Shown here piece by piece: positions 48,460 to 62,329 of a stretch of 64,000 nt of DNA (the first letter of the stretch is position 1; every line of letters starts with the position of its first letter). Source of the stretch: Eutreptiella sp. 'Long Island Sound 2002'. Taxonomy: Eukaryota > Protista > Euglenida. The stretch lies in the NCBI GenBank assembly GCA_964036045.1, contig OZ038378.1:52638001-52702000 (forward strand), given 5' to 3'. A model generated the notes under the pieces. It had not been told where the DNA came from. It made no database searches and saw only the letters and a list, made by a program, of their open reading frames with translations. Position numbers and translations under genes: made by a program.

Positions 48460-48825
48460 GTATGAGGAAGAGTTCACTGCTTGGCATGGTTGCTTTTCTT
48501 TTGGTGCATCTCTCAGGGCTTTTGATCACAAGATTGCTCTCCACCCACTGCGGTGATCAATGAACAGCAATCGCCTTTTTTCTTTCAGTTCAGGTGATCC
48601 TGTTCGTCATCAGAGGCACAACAGAGCGCTGCTTGCCTCAGCCTCGGCGTTGCATTGGCATGCAAGTTTGGGAGTGAGAATATTTGCGGAGAGGGGTTTG
48701 TAGGCAGGGGGTAAGCGCAAACACAGCTTAGCCTGCCCACAGGCACGACACTCCATAGCATCGAAGCTTCAGTTCCAAATATGTGCACATGCAGGTTGTC
48801 CACTGTGCACACAAGGCAACTGCAG

Positions 48826-48900
48826 CAGGCTACAGGAGCCAAACAGGGCGATGGAACCCCTGCACATACGTCACAGGTCCAGAAATCGCTGTCAACATAG
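48826..48900 (+). CDS. Candidate terminal exon (QATGAKQGDGTPAHTSQVQKSLST*)
   Basis: ctgcag acceptor in phase 0, compatible with the 48460 donor; ends in TAG. Confidence 0.3.
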   Translation, partial: QATGAKQGDGTPAHTSQVQKSLST

Positions 48901-49724
48901 AAGACCACAACACATGGGTGGTGGTGATCCAAGGCTAGGTGTTGGCAGAGGCACGATTGAGATGGCTCTTAGCACCAGGTCCCAACGGGCTCCCACACAC
49001 AGCACAACATCCAACAGCTCACACTGCCATGCACAGAAAATGCTGTCGAGCTACACCAATAGCAGATACACCCCACAAAGCGTGCAATGGCTGTGTCATA
49101 AGCTGGGATAAAAGCTTGAACACCACTGTTGGACGCCCCAAACTGCTCAGCTGCAGTGTGATGACACTCTTGATGATAGGCGGGGCGCAGAGCTAAGCTG
49201 TAGTCACAGGGACCCATGGTAACAGAATCTGTTGCTATTAGCGTCGCATGTGCTGAGTGGCTTTCTACTGGAGCTCTGGAGCTCCTGTGCGTAACTCCTC
49301 CCCAAGCATGTATTAGAATGGCTAACAACGACATGAGGAGCTGGCCCCCTCCCCATGGACCCCTTCCCTGTGCCCCTGGGACCCCCCCCCCCCCCGCTCC
49401 TCTCTGCACGGAAAGCGAAACAATGTGGAATTCCTCAACACCCTCTTGCAATCTCTCCACACCCCATTCCAATACCAGTACCCCTTTTAGATTTTGTTTC
49501 CCAAATCCCATTGGTGACACTGCTAGAGCCCTCCTCCAACCTTGGAAGGTTCCCTCCGTGGCACCTCTTGGGAATGCTGTGCACGCAGTGCGCACACAGT
49601 GCGAAGTTTTGGATGCCGACAAATACTCAAAACCTTCGTTTGGCCCCTTTTGACAAGTTCTTGGTTCCATACCGGGTTTCTTTTTAGCTTCCTATACATT
49701 TGGGATGTGGCACATTTGAAGAAG

Positions 49725-49832
49725 GCAGGGGTGATGTAGCCATATTGATTTCTCCCCACTATGGGAACCCCGAGAAGGCAGCGGTGATGTAGCCATATTG
49801 ATTTCTCACCACTATGGGGACCCTGAGAAGGT
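49725..49832. repeat. Two-copy ~53-bp tandem duplication
   Basis: gtgatgtagccatattgatttctc.ccactatggg.accc.gagaagg occurs twice. Confidence 0.85.
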
Positions 49833-51789
49833 AGGGGTTTGCATGGCCATGTGCGTATTTTGCTCCACCTTACTCATTTTTGTATTCAGAGGCAGACTAG
49901 GTATCCACCCTATGGACTTTGGCCTCATGTGCCTGAGTCTGTGTGGGCACAGGAGGAGGCAACCATTGAGGAGGAGGAAAATGATGATGGTGTTTGTTGC
50001 CAATTGCGTGGCCACCGTCTTGGTGATATATCCGAGTGTGGCACTTGCCACTTGAACATGTATGCATCTTGCATGCCCCTGCATAGTTGTACTTTACAAA
50101 TCTAAGTGGGCCGTTCATAGGGACAATGGAGTACCAAGCTGAAGGCAGTTTCGTTGTTCTCATGTGGGCTTTGCTGCTTCGCCGTGCTACCACACAAGTG
50201 ACAGCTATTCTTGGGTGAGTATCCTCGCCTCTACGTGCGTCGTACACACACAATGCAACCACTTGGCTCTTTTGCTACGCCCCCACTCCGGTCGCAAATG
50301 GCAGTGCACCGCTTTGAGTTGGTCTCCGCGATTTCCCATGTACTACCACTATGTTAACCCCTTTCTAACTACCTATTGTACAATACCCTTTCCATCCCGT
50401 TGAATCCCAAACCCAACGCCGTGCCGATGTTATTATGAGTGGTTCCCCATTCCAGTTGGGCATCCTCGATATCACGTTTCATGAGCCAAAGACTTTAGTG
50501 CACCACATTCCATGCCCATTTCCCCTTGAGATGTGGCCACATCTCCCTCACCTAGTCTCATGAGGGTACTTAGTGAACCTCAATCAATTGAGTCACCTGC
50601 ACTTCAACATTTGAGGGTTTGATGACCTTGTGACAATCGCAGTGCACGGCGTAGATCGCATGTAGTGGATAAATTTGGAAAACGCAAAATTGGAATAACC
50701 TTGGTTGGATTGCCAAGGGATCCGGGCATGCGTGGTGAAACACACACACAAAAAAAAACACCACAAGCACGGGGGGGTCGGCTCCTGGTGTCGGGACACC
50801 ACTTACCCAACCCCACTAACCGTTGGCGGGAGGCCCCTGTAGGGAGTTGGGGTTTGGGAGGGGGGATTCACGTAGGGGTGATAGAGGGGGATCTTCAAAG
50901 AGCAGCAAACGGCATTTGTTCGGCCGCCCATCATGCACCATCTAGCCCTCAAAATATGGACGGTTTGATGAAACAAATTGGAGCACATTCAGAGCACAGT
51001 GTGTAATCATATGTGGTTTTGGTGCTTGTGGACCATCTGGTGCTTGTGGACTATGGACTCTTTATGCCGATACCTTTGACAATATATCTGTTAGCCAAAG
51101 GCCTCTTGGGTGGGTGGGTGGGGGGGGGGGTAGTTAGCATCCTAGGCCCTATGGAGTCCGCCCCCTCCCGTGGCCAAAGACCAATTGAAAAAGGGTGAAA
51201 ATTCTGAAAAACAAGCACAAAATGGCTTTTTTTGCCATATGATAGGTTACACTGCGGTCTTTTGCTCTCTTGGGGGTCCCCAAAGCTTGGATGGTGACAA
51301 AATTACAAGTGGGTTCTGAACCCCTACCGCCTCGGGTTTCCACAAGTCAGCAAAATGGCGACACAAGCGCTGCCGGGATAGATGTAAAATGGGGTACGCG
51401 CCACATAAAAAGCCTGCATGCACATAGGGGGACGTCCAATGCGCAAAGAATGGGATTTCAATTTGAGCCGCTAAGCACAACAAAAGCAATACACCACATA
51501 GGCTTTCCAGAACAAATCACCTCGGAGAGAGGTTGTTAGATCAAGCGCAGGCGCGAGCGTTGTATACCCTCCCTTTTTTGGGGTCGTTCGCGTAGCATAC
51601 CCCAATGTATGGTTTCTAACGTCTAACCCCCTGTAAAATCATCATTTTAGGACCAAAGATGATCCCCTAATGATTTTTTGGATTTTGACCCCCGTACCCC
51701 CCCCCCCCGCACCGGGGTACCCTTTTTTGAGGGGGGGGGTCAAAACTTCTTTGTGTATTGTGGCCGCTATGTGTGTATTTGGTCTTGGG

Positions 51790-54700
51790 TCCCGAAGAAT
51801 CACCTCGCAGAGGTTGTTAGATCAAAGCCAGGCAGGCGTATAAAGGGGAAAACGCCACATACCCCCCCATTTTGGCCTTTTTGGGCCTATTCGCGTACCC
51901 TACCCCAAGGGGTTGAATTGTTAGTTTAACCCCTTGTAAAATTATTATTTTGTCCAATAAACGCATCCCCCAATGAGTTTTTGGTGTGGACCCCCCAAGA
52001 CCCTCCCCACTTGAAACCCACTTTTTTCGGGTTTTGAGGGAGGGGGGTGGGGGGTGTCGAAAAAATGACCCCCCCTTTTTTTGGTCGAAAATCATGAATC
52101 TTTTGGTTTTTTTCGATTTTGAGCCGAAAAAGTGTTTCCGGGTCCCGACTCCATAGGGTTTTTATGGGGCGGAGTGGGATGAGCGCTTATGCAGTTTATG
52201 CACTTTTCAGCCATTTTTGGTATGTTGGGGGTTTAGGCGACCTCGGTGACCCCGTGGTACCCACTTTGAGGGGTGTGAGTGGGGATGTTGTGACAGCATA
52301 TGCCTACTAGGATACGGAAGGACATTTTTTTCCAGTCTGTAGCCTTGCTGAGAGCCGGTCACAACCCGTGCTAAAGACGCGAAATGGCTGTTTCCACCAG
52401 TACTGGCCTAGTGAATGGGCCAGCCCACAACATGCTTATGCAGTTTTTCACCCTACGCAGCTCAAAAATCGAAGTTTTGGAAACTTTTTTTTCTGATACC
52501 GCGACCACCTAAAATGACCACCGAAGGTATGTAAAGCATGTTTTAGGCCGTATTTACATGTTTTTCACCCTATTTGGGTATTAGGTCATGGGGGGGGGGG
52601 TCTCCCAAGGGATTGGTACACAACCTGCTAATGCAGTTTTTCACCCTAGGCAGCTCAAAAATCGAAGTTTTCGAAACCTGTTTTTTTTTAATATTGTGAC
52701 CACCTAAAATGACCATCCAAGGTATGTAAAGCATGTTTTAGGCCATATTTACGTGTTTTTCACCCTATTTGGCTATTAGGTCGGGGGGGGGGGGGGGGGG
52801 CTCCCAAGGGATTGGTACACCACCTGCTTATGCAGCTTTTCACCCTGGGCAGCTCAAAAATCGAAGTTTCCGAAACTTATGTTTTTGCTATTGTGATCAC
52901 CTAAAATGACCATCCAAGCTATGTAAAGCATATTTTAGCTTGTATTTATATAGTTTTTACCCCATTTAGGGTGTGTGTTGCCTGGGGTAGATTCTCTGCG
53001 AGGTGGAATTGCCGAAGGCAATAGAATTTTTTTCTTGTATATGGACCCTCTAACGTATGGCGGGGGTCCTGGCTCCCAACTCAAGGTACCCCCAGTCACC
53101 CCCCCCTATATGGCCCCTCGCCAATGAGGACTTAGCCGTTTTCACGCTAGATGGGATGTTTAGTGGCACATGAAGGTTTTTTGAATTTTTCGATTTTTCA
53201 TGACTACCTTCCGTTGCCCCTAGGAGTGGTTTGGGTGATCATTTGGTGACCATACAGGTACTTGAGCACCCATGGGGAGCCACGTAGTGGCTGCTAGGCC
53301 TATGTAGCCCGTGCCATGGGCCCTCCGAAAGCCCCAAAATTGATGTTGCGTAGGCTGTTTAGTGACACTTGAAAGTTTTTCACATTTCCACTTTTTCCGA
53401 AACCCTTCTGTTGCCCCTAGAATGGGTTTGGGTGATCATTTGGTGACAATGCCGGTGCTTGAGCACCCATGGGGGCCCACGTAATGGCCACAGGGCCCAT
53501 CTAGCCCGCGCCATAGGCCCTCCAAAAGCCCCTAAATCACCTCACAGAGGATTTTAGATCAAAGCCAGGCAGGCGTACAAAGGGGAAAATGCCACATACC
53601 TCCCCATTTTGGGCATTTTGGGGCTATTCGCGTGCCCTACCCCAAGGAGTTGAATGGTTAGTTCAACCCCTTGTAAAATCATTATTTTGTCCAATAAATG
53701 CATCCCCCAATGAGTTTTTGGTCCGGACCCCCCCCCAAACCCCCCCCACCTGAAACCCACTTTTTTGAGGTTTTGAAGGAGGGGCGGGGAGGGGGGGTAA
53801 ACAATGACCCCCCCCTTTTTTTGGGTCGAAAATCCCGAATCGTTTGGGTTTTTTTCGATTTTGAGGTGAAAAAGTGTTTCCGGGTCCCAACTCCATGGGG
53901 TTTGTATGGGGCGAAGTGGGATGAGCGCTTATGCAGTTTATGCACTTTTCAGCCATTTTGCTATGTTGGTGGTTTTGGCGACCTCGGTGACCCCGTGGTA
54001 CCCACTCCGAGGGATGCGAGTGGGGATGTTGTGACAGTATATGCCTACTAGGATACGAAAGGACATTTTTTGAAGTCTTTAGCCTTGCCGAGGGCCCTTC
54101 AATGTATGTGCTAACGACGCGAAATGGCTGTTTCCACCAGTACTGGCCTAGTGAATGGGCCGGCCCACAACCTGATTAAGCAGTTTTTCACTCTGGGCAG
54201 CTCAGAAATCGAAGTTTTCGAAACTTGTTTTTATGATATTGTGACCACACGATATGACCATCCAAGGTATCTAAAGCATGTTTCGGGCGGTATTTACATG
54301 TTTTTCACCCTATTTGGCTATTAGGTCGGGGGGGGGGGGGGGTCTCCCAAGGGATTGGTACACAACCTGCTAATGCAGTTTTTCGCTCTGGACAGCTCAA
54401 AAATCGAAGTTTTCGAAACTTGTTTTTTTGATATTGTCACCACTTATAAGGACCATCCAAGGTATGTAAAGCATTTTTTAGGCCATATTTACATGTTGTT
54501 CACCCTATTTGGGTATTAGGTCCGGGGGGGGGGGGGCTCCCAATGGATTGGTACACAACTTGCTAATGCAGTTTTTCACTCTGGACAGCTCCAAATCGAA
54601 GTTTTTGAGACTTGTTTTTTTGATATTGTCACCACTTAAAATGACCATCCAAGGTATGCAAAGCATGTTTTAGGCCGTATTTACATGTTTTTCACCCTAT

Positions 54701-54960
54701 TTGGGTATTAGGTGGGCGGGGGGGGGGGGGGGGGCTCCCAAGGGATTGGTACACAACCTGCTTATGCAGTTTTTCACTCTGGACAGCTCAAAAATCGAAG
54801 TTTTCGAAACTTTCTTTTTTATTTTGTCATCACCTAAAATGATCATCCAAGGTATGTAAACTATGTTTTAGGCCGTATTTATGTAGTTTCCACCCTATTT
54901 TGGGTGTGTGTTGCTCGCGGTAGATTCTCTGCGAGGTGGACTTGCCGAAGGCAATAGATT
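51790..54960. repeat. Composite repeat: two direct ~1.7-kb copies (from ~51795 and ~53535), each with a nested ~185-bp tandem array (about 3 and 4 units)
   Basis: aatcacctc.cagagg.t.ttagatcaaagccaggcaggcgta starts both copies. The inner unit ctcccaagggattggtacacaacctgct.atgcagtttttcac...aaaatcgaagttttcgaaac repeats at ~52420-52990 and ~54160-54930. Confidence 0.92.
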
Positions 54961-56389
54961 ACACTTTGTTGGCATAGATTTTTTCCCCAGGTTCCTCGTG
55001 GGGAACAATTGTAAATGTCCTTATTGTTTATTGGCCCACAACGCTTAGTCATTTCCGGAAATGGAGGCATGGAGGGAGAGATGTTGAGAGGGGGGACGGG
55101 AGGTTAGCTTCCGAGCAGGAAGGATTGCGGCCTAAGGTTATGTGCTAATTTGAACCGCTGCACCATGCTGCACCTTTGGCGGGCTCTTTTGGGGGCTACA
55201 TTTGACTTGGTTAATTGAGCCCCAAGCTTGCATCCCAATATCTTAGTTTTCCGTGGCTCTATTGACCCCCTTTCCCACCGCTTGCCGAAAAGACCACTAC
55301 CCCAGCCCAACCCCAACTGTTGCCACGCACAACGTGCTGTCAAGAAGGCAGGGCGGGGGGGGGGGGGGGCAAGGAAGAAAAGCGGGGTGCAAGGAGGTAT
55401 TAGAAATGAGTAGGGGGGGCGCGCTCTCTTCGTCTATGGTTGTCTATCTCGGAGGATCATGGATGTGTCCTCTTCCTCCTTGGCCTGATCCTAATATTTC
55501 CTGGGTGCTTGCAAATGATTACTGGTGGCTTGCAGTTAATACCCAGATGGTTTCCATTGATTATTAGATGCTTGGCGCAAATTGCTGGGTGGCTTGTGAA
55601 CACTGCCTTTTGGCTTTGCCGCTTGCACTTTCCGCTTGCTGACATTAGATGAGACTTACTTTTGATTAGTTTGTCCGTGGTAACACTCAGCAAAAACTTT
55701 GTGACGAGACAAAAATGATGCCCAGTGCCTGTAACACGAAGCAGCACCGAAATGTTTTCCCGACGTACGAATACTCCCCAATGCTTGCAATACGCAACAA
55801 AACAGCACATTACAAAATGCATAGTGTATGTGGCTTCAGGCCCAACACAACGTTTCTTGCCCGAGCAAAGCTTTAGAAGGGCACCCCCATTTTGTCACGC
55901 CCCACCACTACTGCCTCAATTTAGTGCAGGTACCGATGCCGAGGCATTTCTGAAAATTCAAGAGGGTCTCACCTTTACGGCACCAGGGTGACATGTGCTC
56001 TTGAAAAGCCAAAGGCAGGTCATTGGTCGGAATTCACGCACAAGGACCCAAAGGAAACCACCACTCTCTTCGTCAACACCATCTCACTTCAAGGCCACAC
56101 TATTGACAGCTTTCTTGGGTCTCGCCTTTGTTTGATGTGTTTGTTGCAATGGGAATTAGCATGATGCAATATTGAGATGCCAGGAACGCGAGGAAGACGT
56201 ACACGAGGTCTGTGTGGACAACGGACATGCGTAAGTTGCATTTACGGTATGTTGGACTCACCACATGCATCCGTTGTGCACATTCCCAAGAACTGCCACC
56301 AATGAGTGCACCAGCGATGTGTTGCCCCCATGTTAATGGAAGCAGTGTGCCACGTGCACTGTTCACCGAAGGGTGAACCACTGCCTTCA

Positions 56390-56684
56390 TAGCTTAACAA
56401 TTCACAGAGCAAGGGAGCTTCCATTGTCGCGCCTTGCGAATGGGTCAATGTGGTGTGTAGCATGCTCTTCGTACGCACTAGTGGGTATATGGTCATCCTG
56501 CGTAGATGGAACTCCAGCCTTACATATGTCCAAACCGAAGTGGCACACAAAAAATGGATTGCATACCAAGTCTTTGGCACTCTGAGGAGTGGTGTTGCTT
56601 CATCATCCGTAGTCGGTGCCTAGCGCCACAGGCTTCAATGTGCCATGTGTGGCGTATTCTCCACATTTTATCGTGTTGTGATCG
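56390..56684 (+). repeat. ~290-bp direct repeat, copy 1 (decayed coding-like)
   Basis: Colinear and highly similar to 58085-58375. Confidence 0.88.
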
Positions 56685-56689
56685 AATGA

Positions 56690-57555
56690 TGGGGTGAAAG
56701 CCAAACCCGTACCCAAACACGCACACCACAAACCCCAGCCAAGATTGGCGGGGAGAAGCCAAAACCGAAAACGGAACACACGCACCACGTACCCCAGCCA
56801 AGATTGGCGGGGTACAGGCAGGGCACACACACCCCAACATTCCAGCCAGGATTGGCGGGGTGAAAGCAAAACCCGTACCGAAAAACACAAACCACAAAAC
56901 CCAGCAAGGATTGGCGGGGAGAAGCCAAAACCCGCACCCGAACACACGCACCGCAGACCCCAGCCAGGATTGGCGGGGTAAGGGCGGGGTAAGAGCGCGC
57001 ACACAAACACACACACCCCAACAACCCAGTCACGATTGGCGAGGTGAAATCAAAACCCGTACCCAAACACACGCACCACAAACCCTAGCTAGGATTGGCG
57101 GGGTACGCACAGCCCAACCAAGAATGGCGGGGTGCAGCCTAAACCCGTACCCAAGACACACACCCATACCGCACACCCCAGCCAGCATTGGCGGGGTACA
57201 AACGGAGCGCGCACACAAACACAAACACCCCAACACCCGAGCCACGATTGGCGGGGTGAAAGCAAACCCCGTACCTAGACGCACACACCACAAACCGCAG
57301 CCACGATTGGCGGGGTGAAGCCAGAACCCGCACCTGAACACACACACTGCACACCAAAGCCAGGATTGGCGGGGTACAGGCGGAGCGCGCACGCAAACAC
57401 ACACACCCCAACACCCCAGCCAGGATTGGCGGGTTGCAAGCAAAAACCGAACCCAAACACACATACCACAAACCCCGGCCAGGATTGGCGGGGCGAAGCC
57501 AAAGCCCGTACCCAAACACACACACCGCAGACCCCAGCCAGGATTGGCGGGGTTA
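56690..57555. repeat. Tandem array, ~58-bp period, 15 copies of a GATTGGCGGG-like core with CA-rich linkers
   Basis: Cores counted from ~56742 to ~57550 (two are variants). Confidence 0.92.
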
Positions 57556-58084
57556 CCTTGAAACTCAAACCCGAACACAGGCGACACACAATAGTAGGAA
57601 ACCCAGTGTCCATAGCCCGGGCACTGAGGCAGCCTATGCCATGCAGGTGACCCGGCCAAACGTGACCCAGAGCCCGGGGGTAAGGTTGCATGCTAAGGCC
57701 TGCGCTTCTATGGGACTCGAGGCGGAGCGTGCGACACCCAAGCACCTCGGAACCCAAGTACCAAGACGGTGCCGCTGGTATGCCTCAGGAACGGGATACA
57801 CCAGGAAGTGCGGTGAACCCCAGCCTGGGGTTCCGCCCAAAGGAGGGGCCGTGGGCAAGCGCGGGGGCACACCCTCCCGGCGTGACACGTTCGTCACGGT
57901 GGCGGCGATAAGCCTTCCCGGTGTTGTCCGGGGCCGCTCTGCTGGGGGCCACCAATCAGGTACCGCGGGATTTAAGCCGCCTCCCCTCTTCATGCGCAAA
58001 ACCTCTTCCTGTACCGTCACAGGGGCGATGCCAGGGGGAGCCATGGGGCGCCTCTCCACGACCGAGTGCACCCACCCTGCCTAC

Positions 58085-58375
58085 CTTAACAATTCACAGG
58101 GCAAGGGAGGTTCCATTGTCGCGCCTTGCGAATGGGTTAATGTGGTGTGCAGCATGCTGTGAATATCCACAAGTGGGTATATGGTCATCATGCGTAGATC
58201 GAACTCCAACGTTACGTATTTCCAATGCGAAGTGGCACACAAAAAATGGATTGCACACCAAGTCTTTGGCACTCCGAGGAGTGGTGTTGCTTCATCATCC
58301 GTGGTCGGTGCCTAGCACCACCGGCTTCAATGTGCCATGTGTGGCGTATTCTGCGCATTTTATCGTGTTGTGAAT
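58085..58375 (+). repeat. ~290-bp direct repeat, copy 2; weak cysteine-protease-like translation
   Basis: Frame reads YLNNSQGKGGSIVAPCEWVNVVCSML*...EVAHKKWIAHQVF...LQCAMCGVFCAFY; CGVFC resembles the Ulp1 DCGVF motif. Confidence 0.8.
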
Positions 58376-59339
58376 CGCGGTTGTAGCCTTAATGATGTGT
58401 ACCGGGATGCCAAAACGGTCTCCGTGACCGGTGGCCTTGCTACTCTTTTTTACACCCGTAGGTTGTCGATTGTCACCATATGGTATCACATTGCCTCCCC
58501 AACCGCCCCTACAAGGATGCGGCCATACCTTAGACCCAGTTCTTTGTCTTGGCATCAGACTCTTGCACAGGTTGCAACGCATGCAGGAAGGAGTCAATAT
58601 ATCACGGCACCATCCGCATTGGGGAGGGGGCTACAAAAAGCCTAGTGTGCAAGGTGTTGACATAGCGATGCTAGTGCCATTGTAGTTACAGCCCTAGTTG
58701 ACCTATGGATATATCGCCCGTTCACATACTGCATGGATGGAGTTGATGTGATGCCGGGCAATGAGACTGGCCTCTTTGGCTCGCCGAAGGCAATTTAAGC
58801 GTACCACTTGGATTTAGGTGTTGCTGTGCCACCCATGCTGACAACCAGATACTAGACGTGGCATTTGACAACGCCTATGCTGGGCGGCGGCTATACTGGA
58901 TGCTTTGCGTGATACTCTACTGGTGGCACACGGTATCCAAGGCGCGCTACACCATTTTTGGTTCGTTGCCATGCCATGTGCATGGGCATCTAGGAAATAG
59001 CAACAACCATGCAGAACAACCATTGGACGCAAGGTGTGTGATCATACACCTTTCTTTCACAAGAGAGCTAACAGCTAACACGCGGTAAAAAAGCTCGATG
59101 CCCCCTATGTGTTCAATGCCTCTCTTATCCAACTAGCTTTACGCTAACACAAAGCTAGTCTCGTTGAAACCATACATGTATACAGTGCCTGTGTTGTCGA
59201 AAAACCGCAAATGCTGACATACTGTGAGTCCTTTGGATGCCGGATTTGCAGCTTGTAGGCAAGATACACACGGAATGCATGTGTAGTATAAAGTTGAGTC
59301 AAGGAGACCCATGTTGTGGGCGCTTCCGCGGTTTTTGAC

Positions 59340-61330
59340 ATACCGAAGCACTAGAGGTATTTAGGGCTCTAAACGGTCTCACATTGTGTGAGCATGTGGA
59401 GGTGGCACACAACGGAAGCAATCAATAGAGGTAGGGATTCAAGGGGATTGAGGGTGTGTTAGCATTCACAAGTTTTTATCCCTCAGAGCACCGAATACAT
59501 ATAGGGCAACAAGAGGCCTAAGACTCTCTGAGCATGTGCATTTCACCCTCAGCAGTGGTACCAAATCCATTTACAGCATGAGAGAGACTCAAATTTTATG
59601 ACCATGTGCAATTTTTTGGACAAGAGACACAACTATCACATGTACGACATCAAGGAGACTCCGGGCGTGTGAGGTTTCATGCTTTTTTGTCAACAGAACA
59701 ACCCATGCATAGAGGCCATCAAGAAGACTCCGGGTGTGTGCACGTTGGTGAGTATTTCACAATAGAAGAACCAAATACATGGACTGTATCAAGCGGAATC
59801 AAGGTGTGTGACTATGTGCAGCTTTTTGCGTGATGAACCACTATACATATGCAGAGAATCCATTGTATTCCAGGTGTGCGAGCATCCGCTACATTTGGAC
59901 AAGAGAAAAACCAAATGCATATGAGGGATGCACGGGACTCACATTCTGTAAGCATGTGCGGTTTTCCATAAAATGGAAGCACTAAATAATCATAGGGCAG
60001 CAACGGGATTGAAAGCATTTCAGCATGCACACTTCTTTGACAAGAGAAGTACCGAAGGCATTTGGGGCATCCAAGGGACCTCAAGGCTTGTGAGTGCGGC
60101 ATTTCTTTGACTACACAGGCACTAAAGGCATGTACGGCATCAAGGGCACTCAAGGTGTGTGAGCACCTACACCACACAATGGATGCAAGGGGACTCAAGT
60201 TATGAGTGTCGGTGGTTTTGTGACAGGGGACACAACCTCGATTTCTATATGCCCCTCTTCCGTTTTTGGGCAAGAGAAGCACCAACTGCATATAGGGCAT
60301 CAAGGGAATTCAAGGTGCATGAGCACATGCAGCTTTGTGATGGCAAAGGGACCGAAACCATGTAGGGCATCCATGGTACTCACATTATACCCGGAGATCC
60401 TTAGGTTTTTTTACAACAACCATTGAATACATGTAGGGCATCAAGGGGCCGCAAGGCGTGTGATTATATGCAGTTTTTTGATAAGAGAGGCATGGGGTAC
60501 ATATACGATATCAAGGACAATTAGGGTGTTTCACCACCCGCACATTTTTCTCAAGAAAACCACCGAATGCATGTTGGGCATCAAGGGGTTTCAGGGTGTG
60601 TGAACATTAGTAATGCTATTTGCGCCAAATACATGTACGGTGTCGAGGGGTCTCAAAGTTGGTGAGCTTTGGCTGTTCTTTGACGATAGAGGCGCATATT
60701 ACACATAGGCCATTAAGGGCAATCAAGGTGTGTGAACAGCCGCATGTTTTCGACAAAACAAGCACCTAGTACTTGTAGGGCAGTAGAAGAATTCAACGTG
60801 TGCGGGAACGCGCTGTTGTTTGACAAGAGGGACACCGAACACATGTACGGCATCAAGGAGACTTGGGGTGTTTCAACATCCGCACAATTTTCACACAATG
60901 AGCACCAAATACACGTAGGGGAGAAAGCGCCTGTAGGGTGCCAGAGCGTTTGTACCCTTTTGGTACAACAAGGCCACCAAATGCTTTTAAGGTGCAACGG
61001 GACTCAAGGTGCGTGGAATTTTGCGGTTTTTTGATGAGGGGGGCACGGAATACATGTAGGGCATCAAGAACACTCCTAGTGTGTGAGCATCCCCAACTTT
61101 TGGACAAGCAAAGCATCGAATATGTGGAGGAAATTAAGGGGCCTTAGGGAGTGTGCGCATCCGCAGCGTTTTTGCCACTGAACCACCAAATACATCTGGT
61201 GTATCCAGTAGACTCACAATGTGTGTGCATCTACAAGTCTTTGACAAGAGAGGCCCAAAATGTTTCAAGGAGCCCCGGGCGGTTGGATCATATACAAGCT
61301 TTACACAGTGGTAGCACCAAATATATGATA
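59340..61330. repeat. Highly diverged ~60-bp satellite
   Basis: Recurrent tttgacaagag...catgtagggcatcaaggg.ctcaaggtgtgtgagca over ~2 kb. Confidence 0.8.
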
Positions 61331-62329
61331 TATGTACACATCAAGCAGAAAGAGTGTGTGTATATGGGTGTTCTGCCGGGGGGGGGGGGGGGGGCTTGGG
61401 GTCAAACAGGCCCAGATGTTGCAAATGGAGGCAATTTTTCGCCGTTTTTGGATTTTGGTCTGAATTTCCTCACTCTCGCGCGGAAAAGATTGTTCTTCCC
61501 CTATTTCAGACACGCCGAATCCAAAAAAACAGAGGTTAGAGGTTGGGGTGACGGTGGTGATACTCTGTCAAAGCCCGAAGTCAGGCGATTTTGCTGTTTT
61601 TTGCCTGTTTTCTGCAGGGTGCCCGCAGCAGATATGGAAAAGCCCCCAACTCATGAAATTCCACTACTTCGAGCCTAATGTCTGGTTTTTTTTTTGCATT
61701 TTGGTTTCGTGCCCCCCTATTTTTGACGTGCCGGACTCAAAAAACCATGTGTTAGGGCTCAACTAGACAATGGGAAGGCACAACAGAGCAATTTGTTCCA
61801 CAGATGTGCTGCCGCAAAGCATGAGCATGAAAATGTACGAAGGTTCCGCTTCCTTATTGTTTTCTTCGGCTGTTATCACCTCTTTGGGGATACCAAATGT
61901 ATCCCCCCCTAATTTGAATTTGGAGAATCCAAAAAAAACAAGTGTTTGAGCTTGACGAGACAATGGGAAGGCATTGTACGGAGGCGACACATGGCTGGCT
62001 GCCTGAGATTTCCTGATTTTTGCAGGCCACCTACACCAAACATTATTGTCCTTTGTGTCCATCACTGTCCATTTTCTTCGCCATTATTGTTCCCATTTGG
62101 CCATTTGGTTCATGTACCCCCCCTATTTTGAACACGGAGAATCCAAAACTTCAGGGTTCAAGGCTGGATGAGACGACGGGAAAGAGTTGCGCTGCGTTCA
62201 AGTGCAGACACATGCTGCATGCAAATCAGGCCCACGGAGTTCCGTCCATCCATCCGTGAGTGCGGCTCCACCTCACCATCAACACCATGTAGAGCCTCAA
62301 TGACCCTACACAACAAAGGTTAGTTGGCC

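Noticed and set aside
55640-56100. Decayed helicase or other gene
   Set aside because: A protein-like frame exists but has no diagnostic motif beyond a lone LDE; it cannot be supported.
56520-58162. Multiple long overlapping ORFs on both strands
   Set aside because: Produced by the GATTGGCGGG/CA-rich tandem array; the translations are periodic and low-complexity.
56390-58375. LTR retrotransposon
   Set aside because: The direct repeats lack clear TG..CA ends, PBS, PPT and TSD, and no gag/pol lies between them.
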